DNA from: Elusimicrobiota bacterium
Lineage (GTDB): Bacteria > Elusimicrobiota > Elusimicrobia > F11
Assembly: GCA_044221725.1 (NCBI GenBank)
Contig: JBGAON010000002.1
Span: 384,001 to 448,000, forward strand
Direction of reading: 5' to 3'
Length of the DNA stretch: 64,000 nt
Part shown: one piece after another, positions 35,967 through 46,216 of the stretch
Position numbering within the stretch: the first letter of the stretch is position 1
How the letters are laid out: every line of letters begins with the position of its first letter
The notes under the pieces: model-generated
What the model was told of the DNA's origin: nothing
The model's database searches: none
What the model saw: only the letters and a program-made list of their open reading frames with translations
Position numbers and translations under genes: made by a program

Positions 35967-38432
35967 GTGTCACAGTATTCATTCAAAGAAATCGAGTCGA
36001 AATGGCGCGCTATTTGGGATGAGAACAAGTGTAATGAGGCGCCCCAACCCACCGCCGAGCGACCTCCTTATTATATTTTAGTCATGTTCCCGTACCCGTC
36101 TGGAAATCTGCACATGGGCCACGTCCGGAACTACACGATTGGAGATATATTGGCGCGTTTCCACCGGCGCCGCGGCCGCTCGGTTCTTCATCCGATTGGC
36201 TGGGACTCCTTTGGGCTGCCGGCCGAAAATGCTGCCATAAAACGCAAAGTTGACCCGGCCAAATGGACCTGGGACAACATTGCGGTGATGCGTGAGCAGC
36301 TCAAGACTTTATCGATCTCCTATGATTGGGACCGCGAAATTGCCACCTGTCATCCAGATTATTATCGTTGGAATCAATGGATTTTCATAAAAATGTTAGA
36401 AAGAGGATTGGCTTTCCGAAAGAAGGCTCCGGTCAACTGGTGTGATTCATGCAATACCGTGCTGGCCAATGAACAGGTGCACAACGGACGTTGCTGGCGG
36501 TGCGACAATGTCGTTGTCCAAAAGGAGCTTGAGCAGTGGTTTTTTAAGATCTCGGAATACGCCGACGAATTGCTTTCTGGTCACGAGAAGTTAAAGAAGA
36601 CCTCCTCCCAAAAAGGTTGGCCTGAGCAGGTTTTGACGATGCAGCACAACTGGATTGGGAAATCGTGGGGTGCCAACGCCGATTTCAAAACCGACAAAGG
36701 AACGATTCGTGTTTTCACAACGCGTCCCGACACACTGTTCGGTGCAACCTTTCTTGTATTGGCGCCGGAACATCCCCTTGTGAGTTCGTTAACAGCGATC
36801 GACCGGAAAGCGGCGGTCGAGGCTTACCGTGAATCCACTCGTGGATTAAGCAAAATCGTTCGTACTGCGGAGAATAGAGAAAAAACCGGAGAGTTTACTG
36901 GAAGCTATGCTGAAAACCCTTTTACCGGTGAAAAGGTACCCATATGGATCTCCGATTATGTGCTTACCGATTATGGCACCGGTGCCATTATGGCTGTGCC
37001 GGCGCATGATCAACGCGATTACGATTTTGCTAAGAAATTTGGAATTCCCATTGTGCAGGTCATCAAGCCCGAGTCGGGCGAATCGCCGAGCGACAAAGCT
37101 TTCGAGGCGGACGGCGTACTGATTAACTCCGGTCCCTACAACGGACTGCCCGTAGGCGAAGCACAAAAAAAGATGGCCGCCGATCTCGAAAAGAAGGGTC
37201 TCGGTAAACCGACAATTACTTACAAATTGCGTGATTGGCTGTTGTCACGCCAGCGTTATTGGGGCACGCCCATTCCCGTCATTTATTGTCCGAAAGATGG
37301 CGCTGTCCCAGTGCCCGAAGACAAATTACCGGTTACGTTGCCAACGAACGTGGAATTCACAGGAACCGGAGCGTCTCCATTAACGCAGGTTACCGACTGG
37401 ATCAACGTACCGTGCCCAAAATGCGGCGGTCCGGGAAGGCGAGAAACCGATACCATGGATACGTTCGTTGACTCGAGTTGGTATTACGCGCGCTATACTG
37501 ACGCGCATAACCAGAAACTTCCGTTCGCCAGGGAAAAGGCCGACCAATGGATCCCGGTTCATCAATATGTTGGCGGCGTTGAGCACGCCACCATGCATCT
37601 CATTTATTCGCGATTTTTCCATAAGGTGTTGCGCGACATGGGTATGTTGTCATCGGACGAGCCGTTCAGCTCCTTGTTGACACAGGGGATGGTGACCTTG
37701 GGCGGCAGCGCGATGTCAAAATCAAAAGGCAACGTTGTCGACCCGAACGACGTGATCAACCGGTACGGGACCGACACCTGTCGCATGTTCATTTTGTTCG
37801 CGGCGCCCCCGACTCAGCAGCTCGAATGGTCCGACAAGCAGATCGAGGGAATTTGGCGTTTCTTGAATCGAGTATGGCGGCTGGCACAGATATTCGTCGG
37901 TTCTGAGGAAGAGAAACAACTAAAGCGAAGCGCGGCGGAATCCGACGAAGAAATGGATATTGATGAGCTGGTGCGTCGCGAGCATCAAACGATTCAGCGC
38001 GTGACACGCGACATCGATGAGGATTTCGGTTTCAACACGGCGATCTCCGCCATTATGGAGCTCGTGAATGCGATTTACGTGTACCCAAACTTGGGGGATA
38101 GCGTGTCGCGTGATGCGACGTTAACCGTTATTCAATTGCTGCAACCGTTTGCGCCGCATATTGCCGAAGAGTTGTGGCAGAAATTTGGAAATGAAACGCT
38201 TCTTGTCGAGCAACCCTGGCCGATAGCGGATGCCTCCAAATTGGCGGCGGGGCGCGTTGAGATTGTGGTGCAGGTGAACGGAAAGCTGCGCGAAAAATTG
38301 ACGCTGGGCCTTAATTTAAAAGAAGCAGACGTGACATCACAGGCGCTTCTGTCGCTCGAAAAAAAGGGAATCAAGGTCGCGCCGAAACGCGTTATCTATG
38401 TTCCGAATAAATTGGTAAATTTCGTCGGCTAA
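35967..38432 (+). CDS. leuS: Leucyl-tRNA synthetase
   Basis: MFPYPSG, HMGH, FTTRPDT, SRQRYWG and AMSKSKGN motifs. Confidence 0.98.
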   Translation: MSQYSFKEIESKWRAIWDENKCNEAPQPTAERPPYYILVMFPYPSGNLHMGHVRNYTIGDILARFHRRRGRSVLHPIGWDSFGLPAENAAIKRKVDPAKWTWDNIAVMREQLKTLSISYDWDREIATCHPDYYRWNQWIFIKMLERGLAFRKKAPVNWCDSCNTVLANEQVHNGRCWRCDNVVVQKELEQWFFKISEYADELLSGHEKLKKTSSQKGWPEQVLTMQHNWIGKSWGANADFKTDKGTIRVFTTRPDTLFGATFLVLAPEHPLVSSLTAIDRKAAVEAYRESTRGLSKIVRTAENREKTGEFTGSYAENPFTGEKVPIWISDYVLTDYGTGAIMAVPAHDQRDYDFAKKFGIPIVQVIKPESGESPSDKAFEADGVLINSGPYNGLPVGEAQKKMAADLEKKGLGKPTITYKLRDWLLSRQRYWGTPIPVIYCPKDGAVPVPEDKLPVTLPTNVEFTGTGASPLTQVTDWINVPCPKCGGPGRRETDTMDTFVDSSWYYARYTDAHNQKLPFAREKADQWIPVHQYVGGVEHATMHLIYSRFFHKVLRDMGMLSSDEPFSSLLTQGMVTLGGSAMSKSKGNVVDPNDVINRYGTDTCRMFILFAAPPTQQLEWSDKQIEGIWRFLNRVWRLAQIFVGSEEEKQLKRSAAESDEEMDIDELVRREHQTIQRVTRDIDEDFGFNTAISAIMELVNAIYVYPNLGDSVSRDATLTVIQLLQPFAPHIAEELWQKFGNETLLVEQPWPIADASKLAAGRVEIVVQVNGKLREKLTLGLNLKEADVTSQALLSLEKKGIKVAPKRVIYVPNKLVNFVG

Positions 38433-38490
38433 TTTGTCGTCCTGGATAAAAGATCTCCAGGGCGACAACTTCAAAGGAGATCATTACAGA

Positions 38491-39108
38491 ATGAAATCGC
38501 GCAAGGCGTATATCCCGTTTGTTGTTGCCTTTTCTGTTTATTTAACCGGTTGTCAAGGAACACAGTCGGAATACGTCCCACCAGCGATCATTCTCCCGCC
38601 AAGCATCAAAGCGATCTCCGTTCGACCATTCGAAAACGAAACGTCACAAACGGGTATTGGCAATAAATTGTGGCTCGCCACCACCGATGAATTTATTCGC
38701 GACGGCCGTATCGCGTATGTCGACAAAGAGGACAAAGCGGATGGCGTCGTCATCGGAACCATTAAGCAATACCGCGAAACCGAACTCAGTCACGATGCGA
38801 ACCTCGTGCCCCTCGAGTACCAGCTTTGGATTGTGATGGATCTGAAATTCCTTGATAAAAAGAACAACCAATATCTGTGGGAAGAGCCGCTGCTCGAACA
38901 AAAACTGCGCTATTTCACCGAAACACAACCCGGCGGAAAAACACAAGAAGAAGCGCGTGAAGAGCTCTGGGATCGCTTCGCCACGGACATTGTTCGTCGC
39001 ACGGTCGAAGGTTTTGGAACCGTTACCAGTTCTTCGCCACGCGCGGTGCCAAAGGAACAATCGCCGGACAATCCGCCGCCAGCTTACCCGAGCACCGCTC
39101 CTTATTAA
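38491..39108 (+). CDS. lptE: LptE-family lipoprotein
   Basis: SD AAGGAG, lipobox LTGC, PFENET motif; conserved leuS-lptE-holA gene order. Confidence 0.75.
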   Translation: MKSRKAYIPFVVAFSVYLTGCQGTQSEYVPPAIILPPSIKAISVRPFENETSQTGIGNKLWLATTDEFIRDGRIAYVDKEDKADGVVIGTIKQYRETELSHDANLVPLEYQLWIVMDLKFLDKKNNQYLWEEPLLEQKLRYFTETQPGGKTQEEAREELWDRFATDIVRRTVEGFGTVTSSSPRAVPKEQSPDNPPPAYPSTAPY

Positions 39109-39111
39109 TCC

Positions 39112-40146
39112 GTGCCCGTCATTAAGTCCGATCAGCTCGAATCTTCCATTCGCAGTGGAAAGATCGGAACTCTCTATTTGTTCGATGGACCGGAAAACTG
39201 GCTCAAAGACCGGGCCGTCCAGCAAATAATAAAGAAACTGGTTCCTGACGAGGCAAAAGATTTCAATCTTGAACGCTTCGATGGGAACAGTTGCACCGGC
39301 GCGCAAATTGTAAATGCCGCGCAAAGCCTGCCGTTTCTTGGTGATCGGCGGGTGGTGATCGTTCAAGCGACCGAAGAATTAGCCGTCGCTGATGCGCGTG
39401 CGGTTGCCGAAACACTTTCGAATCTTCCCGAATCGACTTGTTTGGTTTTTCTCAATGATGGGAAAGCCAATATCCGCGATGAAATTCCGGCACAAGTCAC
39501 CTCGATCGGATCCATCGTCACGTTCTGGACTCCGTTCCCAAATCAAATGCCGGCATGGGTCACCAGCGAAGCGAAGTTGCGCGGGAAAACAATCTCCTAC
39601 GAAGCCGCAATGATGGTCGCCGAGCACTGCACGGACCTTCAACAGATAGCAAACGAGCTGGACAAACTTTGTCTCTATGTGGGATCGAAAACCACAATTG
39701 ATGGAACAGACGTCCGGGCCCATGGATTTCCGGATGAGGAAGGCGATACGAAGCAGCTTGAGGAAGCGTTATGGACGCGGAATCTTGGTGAAGCGCTTCT
39801 GCAGGGACGGTTGCTATCCGAGGTTGGCGTGCGGGGAGAATCTATATTTCCGATTTGCGAGCGCGTGTTCCGAACGTTGCTGCTGGCTCACTGTTATCAA
39901 TCAGAAAAGAAAATGGGCTTGGAGCAAATCTACGCGGCATTTAACATGCGCGGAAAAACACAGCAAGCCAATTTCCTGAAAGGATTTAAGTCTTATAAAC
40001 CGGTGGAACTGCGCTCAGCGATCGAAAAAATCCTTCAGGCGGATTTTGATTTGAAGACGGGGCGGCTGCCGAGTGAGATGGCCGTGTCGATTCTGCTGAT
40101 GAATTTATGTGGCCCGTCGGCCAGCGGATTAGCTCTTGCTCGATAA
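39112..40146 (+). CDS. holA: DNA polymerase III delta subunit
   Basis: LYLFDGPE, LPFLGDRRVV, NELDKLCLY and ADFDLKTG motifs; gene context. Confidence 0.92.
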   Translation: MPVIKSDQLESSIRSGKIGTLYLFDGPENWLKDRAVQQIIKKLVPDEAKDFNLERFDGNSCTGAQIVNAAQSLPFLGDRRVVIVQATEELAVADARAVAETLSNLPESTCLVFLNDGKANIRDEIPAQVTSIGSIVTFWTPFPNQMPAWVTSEAKLRGKTISYEAAMMVAEHCTDLQQIANELDKLCLYVGSKTTIDGTDVRAHGFPDEEGDTKQLEEALWTRNLGEALLQGRLLSEVGVRGESIFPICERVFRTLLLAHCYQSEKKMGLEQIYAAFNMRGKTQQANFLKGFKSYKPVELRSAIEKILQADFDLKTGRLPSEMAVSILLMNLCGPSASGLALAR

Positions 40147-40416
40147 GGCGGCGATCTTCGAGGCGAGGCTTCCAATTTTTCGCGACGCGGCGCTCTTGTT
40201 GAAGATGCCGGTTTTCGCGGCTTTCTGCCAAGCAGATTGAGCAACTTTAAAACTGTTTTTTGCGGCATCAATATTTTTCGCTTCGATGTCTTTCAAAACA
40301 CGAGCGGTGAGGGTGCGGACGCGGCTGCGGACTTGATAGTTAAAGGCTTTGTGAGCCAGAGATTTTCTGTGTGCTTTCAGCGCCGATGCGTGCCGCTTGC
40401 TTTTACCTTTTGCCAT
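40129..40416 (-). CDS. rpsT: 30S ribosomal protein S20
   Basis: HASALKAHRKS..N...RSRVRT..KAAKTGIFNKSAASRK; SD AAGGAG. Confidence 0.93.
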   Translation of the reverse strand: MAKGKSKRHASALKAHRKSLAHKAFNYQVRSRVRTLTARVLKDIEAKNIDAAKNSFKVAQSAWQKAAKTGIFNKSAASRKIGSLASKIAALSSKS

Positions 40417-40459
40417 AAAACGTGAGACTCCTTTAAGTGATAGTTTGAGGATGGTAGCA

Positions 40460-42061
40460 ATGAACTCTCGAGAGAATCAAGCCAATTCTAGTAACGCCCG
40501 TGCCGCGGGAGCGACCGCCGGTCGGGCCCAGTTCGGTCGACACCTTGGCGCTTTCGCGTCCGCAACGCTCATTTCGCGTATCCTCGGCTACGCGCGCGAT
40601 TCTCTTGTCGCTGCTTATTTTGGGGGCGGCTATCAAACCGATGCTTTTTACGCGGCCTTTAAGATTCCCAACTTGTTGCGCCGATTCCTGGGAGAGGGCT
40701 CGCTAACCTCGGCGTTTGTGCCCGTTTTCACAGAGACTTTGCACACAAAGGGGGAAGAAGAAGCTAGGAAACTCTTCGACGCACTGGTCTCCGGCCTTAT
40801 GGTGGTTCTCACGATCATCGTGATTGCAGGAATCGTGTTTGCGCCCCAAGTTACGCAGATTGTTTCGTGGGGATTTGTTCGTGATCCGGAAAAGTTTGCG
40901 CTCACCACGCAGCTCACGCGACTCACGTTTCCGTTTCTGCTTCTGATTTGTCTGGCCGCGCTGGTGACCGCGGTTCTTAATTCCTGCGGCGATTTCTTCG
41001 TTCCGGCGGTCGCGCCGTCCGGTTTGTCCATCGGCGAGATCGCGTTCATTTTGTTTATCGCTTCGCGAATGCAATCGCCCATACAAGGACTGGCCATCAG
41101 CGCGGTGATTGGCGTCGGTATCCATTTGGTGTGGCAGCTGCCAAACTTGTATCGCCACGGGTACCACCTGAAATTCGTGAAACCGTTTGCTCACCCGCAA
41201 GTAAAAACGGTGCTGTTGCTCATGGGGCCGACCATTATTGGGTTGTGTGCGGATCAAGTGAATTCGTTTGTGGATCAGTTTTGCGCCAGTTTTTTGAAAG
41301 ACGGTTCAATTACCGCGCTTTATAATTCCAATCGGGTGATGCAGTTGCCGCTCGCTCTGTTTGGCGTGGCGGTTTCCAGTGTGGCGCTTCCGGCGCTCTC
41401 GCGCACCGCGAGTCAGAAAGACATGAAGGGATTTAAGGAGCTGCTGAGCTATTCGTTGCGCATTGCAAATTACGTGCTGATTCCATCGTTCATTGGGCTT
41501 GCGGTTCTGGGGTATCCAATTGTGCAATTGCTGTTTCAACACGGAAAGTTTTTGCCCGAGTATTCTTGGATGACATACATAGCGATGGTGGGATTTTCGA
41601 TCGGTTTGCCCGCGTACTCGGCCGCGAAAATTTTGGCCACCGGCTTTTACGCACAGAAGAACACGAAAACGCCGGTTCGTGTTGCCTTTCAAGCGATGAC
41701 GGTGAACGCGGTTCTCGATGTCGCTCTTATGTGGAAATGGACCGTCGGTGGGCTCGCGTTCGCCACGTCCGCGGCGGCGTGGTATCAAGCTGTCGTGCTT
41801 TTCTATCTGCTTAAAAAACAAATCGGTTTGCTCGGTGGTCGCGAAATCCTGAAAAGCTTTGCATTTGGCTTGTTGGCGGGGATTGCGATGGGCGCTGTCT
41901 GTTGGTTTCTTTACTTCATCGCCCTCGTGAAACTTCATTTGATGTTGCGTGTTCTCGTTTCCATCAGCGTCGGAACGTTTTTTTACTTTCAATTATCAAA
42001 GTGGTTAAAAATTGAAGAATACGACCACTTTATGGATGCTCTTCTTCGACGAAAGATTTAG
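40460..42061 (+). CDS. murJ: Lipid II flippase MurJ (MviN)
   Basis: SRILGYARD, AFKIPNLLRRFLGEG, AFVPVF and QLPLALFG motifs; start 40451 or 40460. Confidence 0.95.
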   Translation: MNSRENQANSSNARAAGATAGRAQFGRHLGAFASATLISRILGYARDSLVAAYFGGGYQTDAFYAAFKIPNLLRRFLGEGSLTSAFVPVFTETLHTKGEEEARKLFDALVSGLMVVLTIIVIAGIVFAPQVTQIVSWGFVRDPEKFALTTQLTRLTFPFLLLICLAALVTAVLNSCGDFFVPAVAPSGLSIGEIAFILFIASRMQSPIQGLAISAVIGVGIHLVWQLPNLYRHGYHLKFVKPFAHPQVKTVLLLMGPTIIGLCADQVNSFVDQFCASFLKDGSITALYNSNRVMQLPLALFGVAVSSVALPALSRTASQKDMKGFKELLSYSLRIANYVLIPSFIGLAVLGYPIVQLLFQHGKFLPEYSWMTYIAMVGFSIGLPAYSAAKILATGFYAQKNTKTPVRVAFQAMTVNAVLDVALMWKWTVGGLAFATSAAAWYQAVVLFYLLKKQIGLLGGREILKSFAFGLLAGIAMGAVCWFLYFIALVKLHLMLRVLVSISVGTFFYFQLSKWLKIEEYDHFMDALLRRKI

Positions 42062-42092
42062 TCTGTAGCGGCCGCACCAGAGATTTTTATTT

Positions 42093-43406
42093 ATGAGTGA
42101 TTCGTTCTCGTTCTTGCCCAATCTTCCGCATTCGCCCGGCGTTTATCTTATGCGCGACAATACCGGTGGCATTATTTATATCGGCAAGGCGCGCGATTTA
42201 AAAAAACGAGTGAGCAATTATTTCGCAGCAGGACGTCCACACGATCACAAGACGCTCATTCTTGTATCCGAAGTTCGCCACGTCGATTACGTGCCAACCG
42301 CGAGCGAGCGCGAAGCATTTCTGCTGGAACAACGCTTGATCAAACGGCACAAGCCAATTTTTAACGTGATGTGGAAGGACGACAAGTCCTACCCGTATGT
42401 GGTGGTAACCACGCAAGAGGATTTCCCACGCGCCTATCTAACGCGCCGAAAAAAGAAAGATGGGGCTTCTTATTTCGGCCCCTACCCGAACGTCGGTCAA
42501 GTGCGGTCGCTGTTGCGATGGACGTGGCGAAAAAAGATTCTCGCCCTGCGACCATGCCGCTTCGAAATTAAAGAAGGGGAAGTGCTGCCTTACAAAAAAG
42601 TGAAATCGTGTCTTTATTTGCACACGAGTCAATGTTCGGCTCCTTGCATTGGAAAAATTTCGAGCAAGGAATACGGCAAGATCGTGGACCGCGCTCGTTG
42701 GTTTTTTGGAGGCGAAAAAGAAAAACTCGCGGCCGAGTGGGAAGTCGAAATGAAAAAGCTTTCCAGCGAAGATCGGTTTGAAGCCGCGGCCGCGTTGCGC
42801 GATCAAATCGAAACGCTTCGCCACATGAACGAACGCATCACGTACCGCGAAATGAGCGAAGATATGTTGGGGGAGCGCGTGCGCGAAAGTCGCGCCGTTC
42901 AAGATCTCATGAAAGCGTTGAACCTGAAAAAGCCACCGCAACGAATCGAATGTTTCGATATTTCTCACATCCAAGGGACGGAAAAAGTGGCCTCCATGGT
43001 GTCGTTCGATCACGGTCGACCCGACAAGTCACAGTACCGCAAATATATTATTCGCACTGTTGAAGGAATTGATGATTTTAAGGCAATGGCCGAGGTGGTT
43101 GGGCGCCGGTATCGTCGATTGAAAAACGAAAATAAACCGTTCCCGGATTTGGTGTTGATTGACGGAGGGAAGGGACAATTGTCGTCGGCTCTTGCCGCCA
43201 TCGCGGAACTAAAGATTTCAGGGCTCGCCGTCGCTGCGCTTGCAAAAGAAGAAGAGGAAATTTTTTTACCGGGTTCGAGCGAATCAATTCGCTTGCCGGA
43301 TTATTCGGCGGCGCTTCTTTTGTTGCGACACGTGCGTGATGAGGCGCATCGCTTCGCGATAACTTTCCATCGCCAGCGTCGTCAGAAAAGGACTTTTTTG
43401 GTGTAG
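42093..43406 (+). CDS. uvrC: Excinuclease ABC subunit C, compact form without the C-terminal HhH domain
   Basis: GIY-YIG (PGVYLM..IIYIGKA), UVR (FEAAAALRD), RNaseH-like (IECFDISH, LIDGGKGQ, RDEAHRFA). Confidence 0.9.
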   Translation: MSDSFSFLPNLPHSPGVYLMRDNTGGIIYIGKARDLKKRVSNYFAAGRPHDHKTLILVSEVRHVDYVPTASEREAFLLEQRLIKRHKPIFNVMWKDDKSYPYVVVTTQEDFPRAYLTRRKKKDGASYFGPYPNVGQVRSLLRWTWRKKILALRPCRFEIKEGEVLPYKKVKSCLYLHTSQCSAPCIGKISSKEYGKIVDRARWFFGGEKEKLAAEWEVEMKKLSSEDRFEAAAALRDQIETLRHMNERITYREMSEDMLGERVRESRAVQDLMKALNLKKPPQRIECFDISHIQGTEKVASMVSFDHGRPDKSQYRKYIIRTVEGIDDFKAMAEVVGRRYRRLKNENKPFPDLVLIDGGKGQLSSALAAIAELKISGLAVAALAKEEEEIFLPGSSESIRLPDYSAALLLLRHVRDEAHRFAITFHRQRRQKRTFLV

Positions 43407-43417
43407 AATCTTTCGCG

Positions 43418-43720
43418 ATGATCCCTAACGCTATTCGTACGAAGATGAAGCAGTACCCCGCGTTTCAACAAAAGGTTTGGACCGCCTGCGCCGAAATTCC
43501 TTCCGGACAAATCCGCACCTATCGATGGATCGCCGAGAAAATTGGAAGCCCGAAAGCCGCGCGCGCGGTGGGTTCGGCTCTTGGTAAAAATCCCTTTGCT
43601 CCCATTATTCCTTGTCATCGCGTTTTGCGATCCGACGGTGGAATGGGCGGTTATTCCGGTGATGGTGGAATAACGAAAAAGATTCAGTTGCTCAAGAGAG
43701 AAGGCGCGCTTCGAAAGTAA
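43418..43720 (+). CDS. ogt: O6-alkylguanine-DNA alkyltransferase, single-domain
   Basis: FQQKVW, ARAVGSA, active-site IPCHRV and LLKREG motifs. Confidence 0.88.
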   Translation: MIPNAIRTKMKQYPAFQQKVWTACAEIPSGQIRTYRWIAEKIGSPKAARAVGSALGKNPFAPIIPCHRVLRSDGGMGGYSGDGGITKKIQLLKREGALRK

Positions 43721-43850
43721 TCTTTCCTCTTGAATCGCTTTGTTTTCCTGAACATATTTTCAGTATCAGAGTCGTGCTGCAAAAGGGGTTGGGTGGCCTA
43801 ACCACCCGGACGTAACCCTTCCCAACAGCATCAAAAGGTAGGTAACAGCC

Positions 43851-44054
43851 TTGCGAGGAAAAGTAAAGTGGTTCAACAATCAGAAAGGTTATGGCTTCAT
43901 TACACGGGACGACGGTTCCGGTGATGTGTTTGTGCATTATTCGGCGGTTCAAGGGCAGGGTTTCAAGTCCTTGGTCGAAGGGGATAGTGTCGAGTTCGAA
44001 GTGGTTGACTCCGACAAGGGGCCAAAGGCAGCGAACGTAAACAAAGTCAGCTAA
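43851..44054 (+). CDS. Cold-shock protein (CspA family), TTG start
   Basis: [23 protein letters not shown] and KGPKAANV motifs. Confidence 0.96.
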   Translation: MRGKVKWFNNQKGYGFITRDDGSGDVFVHYSAVQGQGFKSLVEGDSVEFEVVDSDKGPKAANVNKVS

Positions 44055-44080
44055 CTCCTCCTGATACTTGATATATCAAG

Positions 44081-44125
44081 ACAAAGCCTTTCTCTCACGA
44101 AAGTGGGGGGAGGGCTTTGTTGTTT
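44081..44125 (+). terminator. Intrinsic terminator after the csp gene
   Basis: 18-bp stem (with G-U pairs), GAAA tetraloop, then TGTTT. Confidence 0.8.
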
Positions 44126-44170
44126 CCGTCGATATGCGAACCCTGAATCACACCGTTCGTAAGAAAGAAA

Positions 44171-44617
44171 ATGGTACGTGGTCGAACCTTATACGCATTG
44201 ATTTTCATCACTGTCGTTTCTTTCGTTTTCAGTGGTTGCGCGGCTATTCCGATTTCATTGGCAATGCAGGGCGCGGCGGACGCCGGAATGGAATTGGCAA
44301 GCCGGGATTCTCGTTCTTTTACCCACACGAAAGCACAGGTAAAAGCCGCCACGCTGGAAGCTCTGGAGCGCATGCAAATTTCCGTGGCTCGGCAGACTGA
44401 AAAAAAAGAAAGTGAAAAAATAATCGGAAAGACAAAGAAGCTAAGCATTACCATCATACTCGCAGCAATTACACCGAAGTTGACAAAGGTCTCGGTCCGC
44501 GCAAAAAGAAATTGGTTTTCAAGGGACGAAACCGTTTCAGCCGAAATATTGGTTCAGATCAATCGAATTCTGCGCCGCGAATTTGATCCTTCTCCCCGCA
44601 CTCCAGCTGGAGCTTGA
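44171..44617 (+). CDS. DUF3568-like lipoprotein
   Basis: Lipobox FSGC; VKAATLEAL, TKVSVRA and DETVSAEIL pattern. Confidence 0.6.
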   Translation: MVRGRTLYALIFITVVSFVFSGCAAIPISLAMQGAADAGMELASRDSRSFTHTKAQVKAATLEALERMQISVARQTEKKESEKIIGKTKKLSITIILAAITPKLTKVSVRAKRNWFSRDETVSAEILVQINRILRREFDPSPRTPAGA

Positions 44618-44630
44618 TTTTAAAAAGCAT

Positions 44631-45764
44631 TTAAATAGCGCCGCGTGCCTCGATGCGTTCAGCAATGTGATCCGCTATAACTTCTGAAAACGAGCCTGAA
44701 TAATGGTTGTAATCGACGTATAGCGGTTCCCTTCGTTCCCGTTGAATGTCTCCCAACCAAAGGAAATTTCTTCTCGCCGCCGTGCTTTTTCTTCGGCGCG
44801 CCATTTCGGAGTAAACATACTTCGCATAACGAAACGATTGTGGGTGCTGAGGAAAAAACAGGTGGTAGCTTGTGTCATAGTGGTAATTCGGAACAGGTTG
44901 CCACACAAATAGCGGTGAAACACCAAAACCACGAGACAATAACTCAATCATTTTCGCGTTTTTCTCATAACGATCGATCATATGGTTCACGATTTCCAGA
45001 TCGTTGAAAGATGCTTCGCTCCGACCATCATTGGGTTCGGTGGGGTCATCCTTTTTCATCGAATAAACCAATCGAGAAATCGGCAGTCGTTGCAACAAAA
45101 TGACGGCCAGTCGCGTGGGCTTAAGCCAAAATCCTGAAACGAAATCTTTGAAGATCGAAGAAACGCCCGTTTCGTTTGCGACGTAAAAAGAGTCATTCAT
45201 TCCATCAATAAAGATTGCGACGTCCGGAACAAAACCTGCGAGAAGATGCCGTTCAAACAAGATTCGTTCCTGCGACGAGTAATAATATGCACGGCCGAAA
45301 TTATAAACGCACACGGATTTCTTTAGCCGATTCGACAGTCGTGTCTGAAGATGCGAAGCGATGGTCGCTTTGTCCTCGACACCATACCCAAACGAAGTGG
45401 ATCCGCCGTAAAGAAAGACATTGATATTATCTCGTGATGGCGGCCACGGTCCTTGGGGCACTGTCTTTCGGAAACCAATTTCGTCCACATTTACAAACAC
45501 GCCGGATCGAGGCGCATCTCTAAACTCGGTGAAAGGATCGTAGGTGATATTTTTGGACCAGGTTTCTCGCAGGAGCTGTTTGATTTCGGCTTCCCCGAGG
45601 CGCGGATATACTTTCAATAATTTTGAATTGTAGCGATGGGAGAACGGAACCGGTTCTTTATCCGCGAGAAAAAAGACAACCCCGTTAATTAAAACGAAGA
45701 ACAGTATCGTCCCAATGCAGAACTGACTAAATACAGCGAAAGCTTTTTTAAAGTGTTGGGTCAC
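44631..45764 (-). CDS. Membrane-anchored SGNH/GDSL hydrolase-like protein
   Basis: N-terminal TM; YGGSTSFG (block I), DGMND (block III), DYNHY (DxxH). Confidence 0.8.
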   Translation of the reverse strand: MTQHFKKAFAVFSQFCIGTILFFVLINGVVFFLADKEPVPFSHRYNSKLLKVYPRLGEAEIKQLLRETWSKNITYDPFTEFRDAPRSGVFVNVDEIGFRKTVPQGPWPPSRDNINVFLYGGSTSFGYGVEDKATIASHLQTRLSNRLKKSVCVYNFGRAYYYSSQERILFERHLLAGFVPDVAIFIDGMNDSFYVANETGVSSIFKDFVSGFWLKPTRLAVILLQRLPISRLVYSMKKDDPTEPNDGRSEASFNDLEIVNHMIDRYEKNAKMIELLSRGFGVSPLFVWQPVPNYHYDTSYHLFFPQHPQSFRYAKYVYSEMARRRKSTAARRNFLWLGDIQRERREPLYVDYNHYSGSFSEVIADHIAERIEARGAI

Positions 45765-45907
45765 GCCGAAGGTTCACCTTTTTCATTCGTTCCATTGTAG
45801 CGATCCAGATTCAGATGGAAAAGGCCGCGCATCTCGTCGCGTGCCCGGCAAATGGGACGTCTTCGGTCCTACAGGCACTCTTTGTCCAACAACGCACGAT
45901 AAGAGGA

Positions 45908-45979
45908 CTCCCCGAGCTAGACTCGAACTAGCAACCCTCCCGTTAACAGCGGGATGCTCCACCATTGAGCTATCGGGGA
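45908..45979 (-). tRNA. tRNA-Asn(GTT), CCA not encoded
   Basis: Acceptor TCCCCGA/TCGGGGA, anticodon arm TCCCG-CTGTTAA-CGGGA, T loop TTCGAGT. Confidence 0.97.
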
Positions 45980-46016
45980 AAGAGGTGGGACTTGGAAACT
46001 GTTTTGCAGCGCGCGG

Positions 46017-46045
46017 ATTGTAACACAACGACGTCATTCCGACAA
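46017..46045 (-). promoter_or_regulatory. Sigma70 promoter of tRNA-Asn with GC-rich discriminator
   Basis: Minus strand TTGTCG-17 bp-TACAAT followed by CCGCGCGC. Confidence 0.65.
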
Positions 46046-46216
46046 ATTCGCGACGGATCCGATCGAAATGGGGAGTGTGAAATAAAACCGCTCAGTAAAT
46101 CTCGATGGTTTGGTTCCGGAATGGAATAAAGAAGGTTTTCGCTATTTGTATCTCCAATTTATGCTGGTAGAATATTTTTTGCGAATTCCCATACGAATAA
46201 TTTTATGAGGTGAGAA

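Noticed and set aside
45841..45880. GGCAAATGGGACG...GGTCCTACAG resembling a c-di-GMP-I riboswitch
   Set aside because: Lacks the GAAA-capped P2 stem and receptor and has no downstream gene on that strand; only a simple GTGCC/GGCAC hairpin is evident
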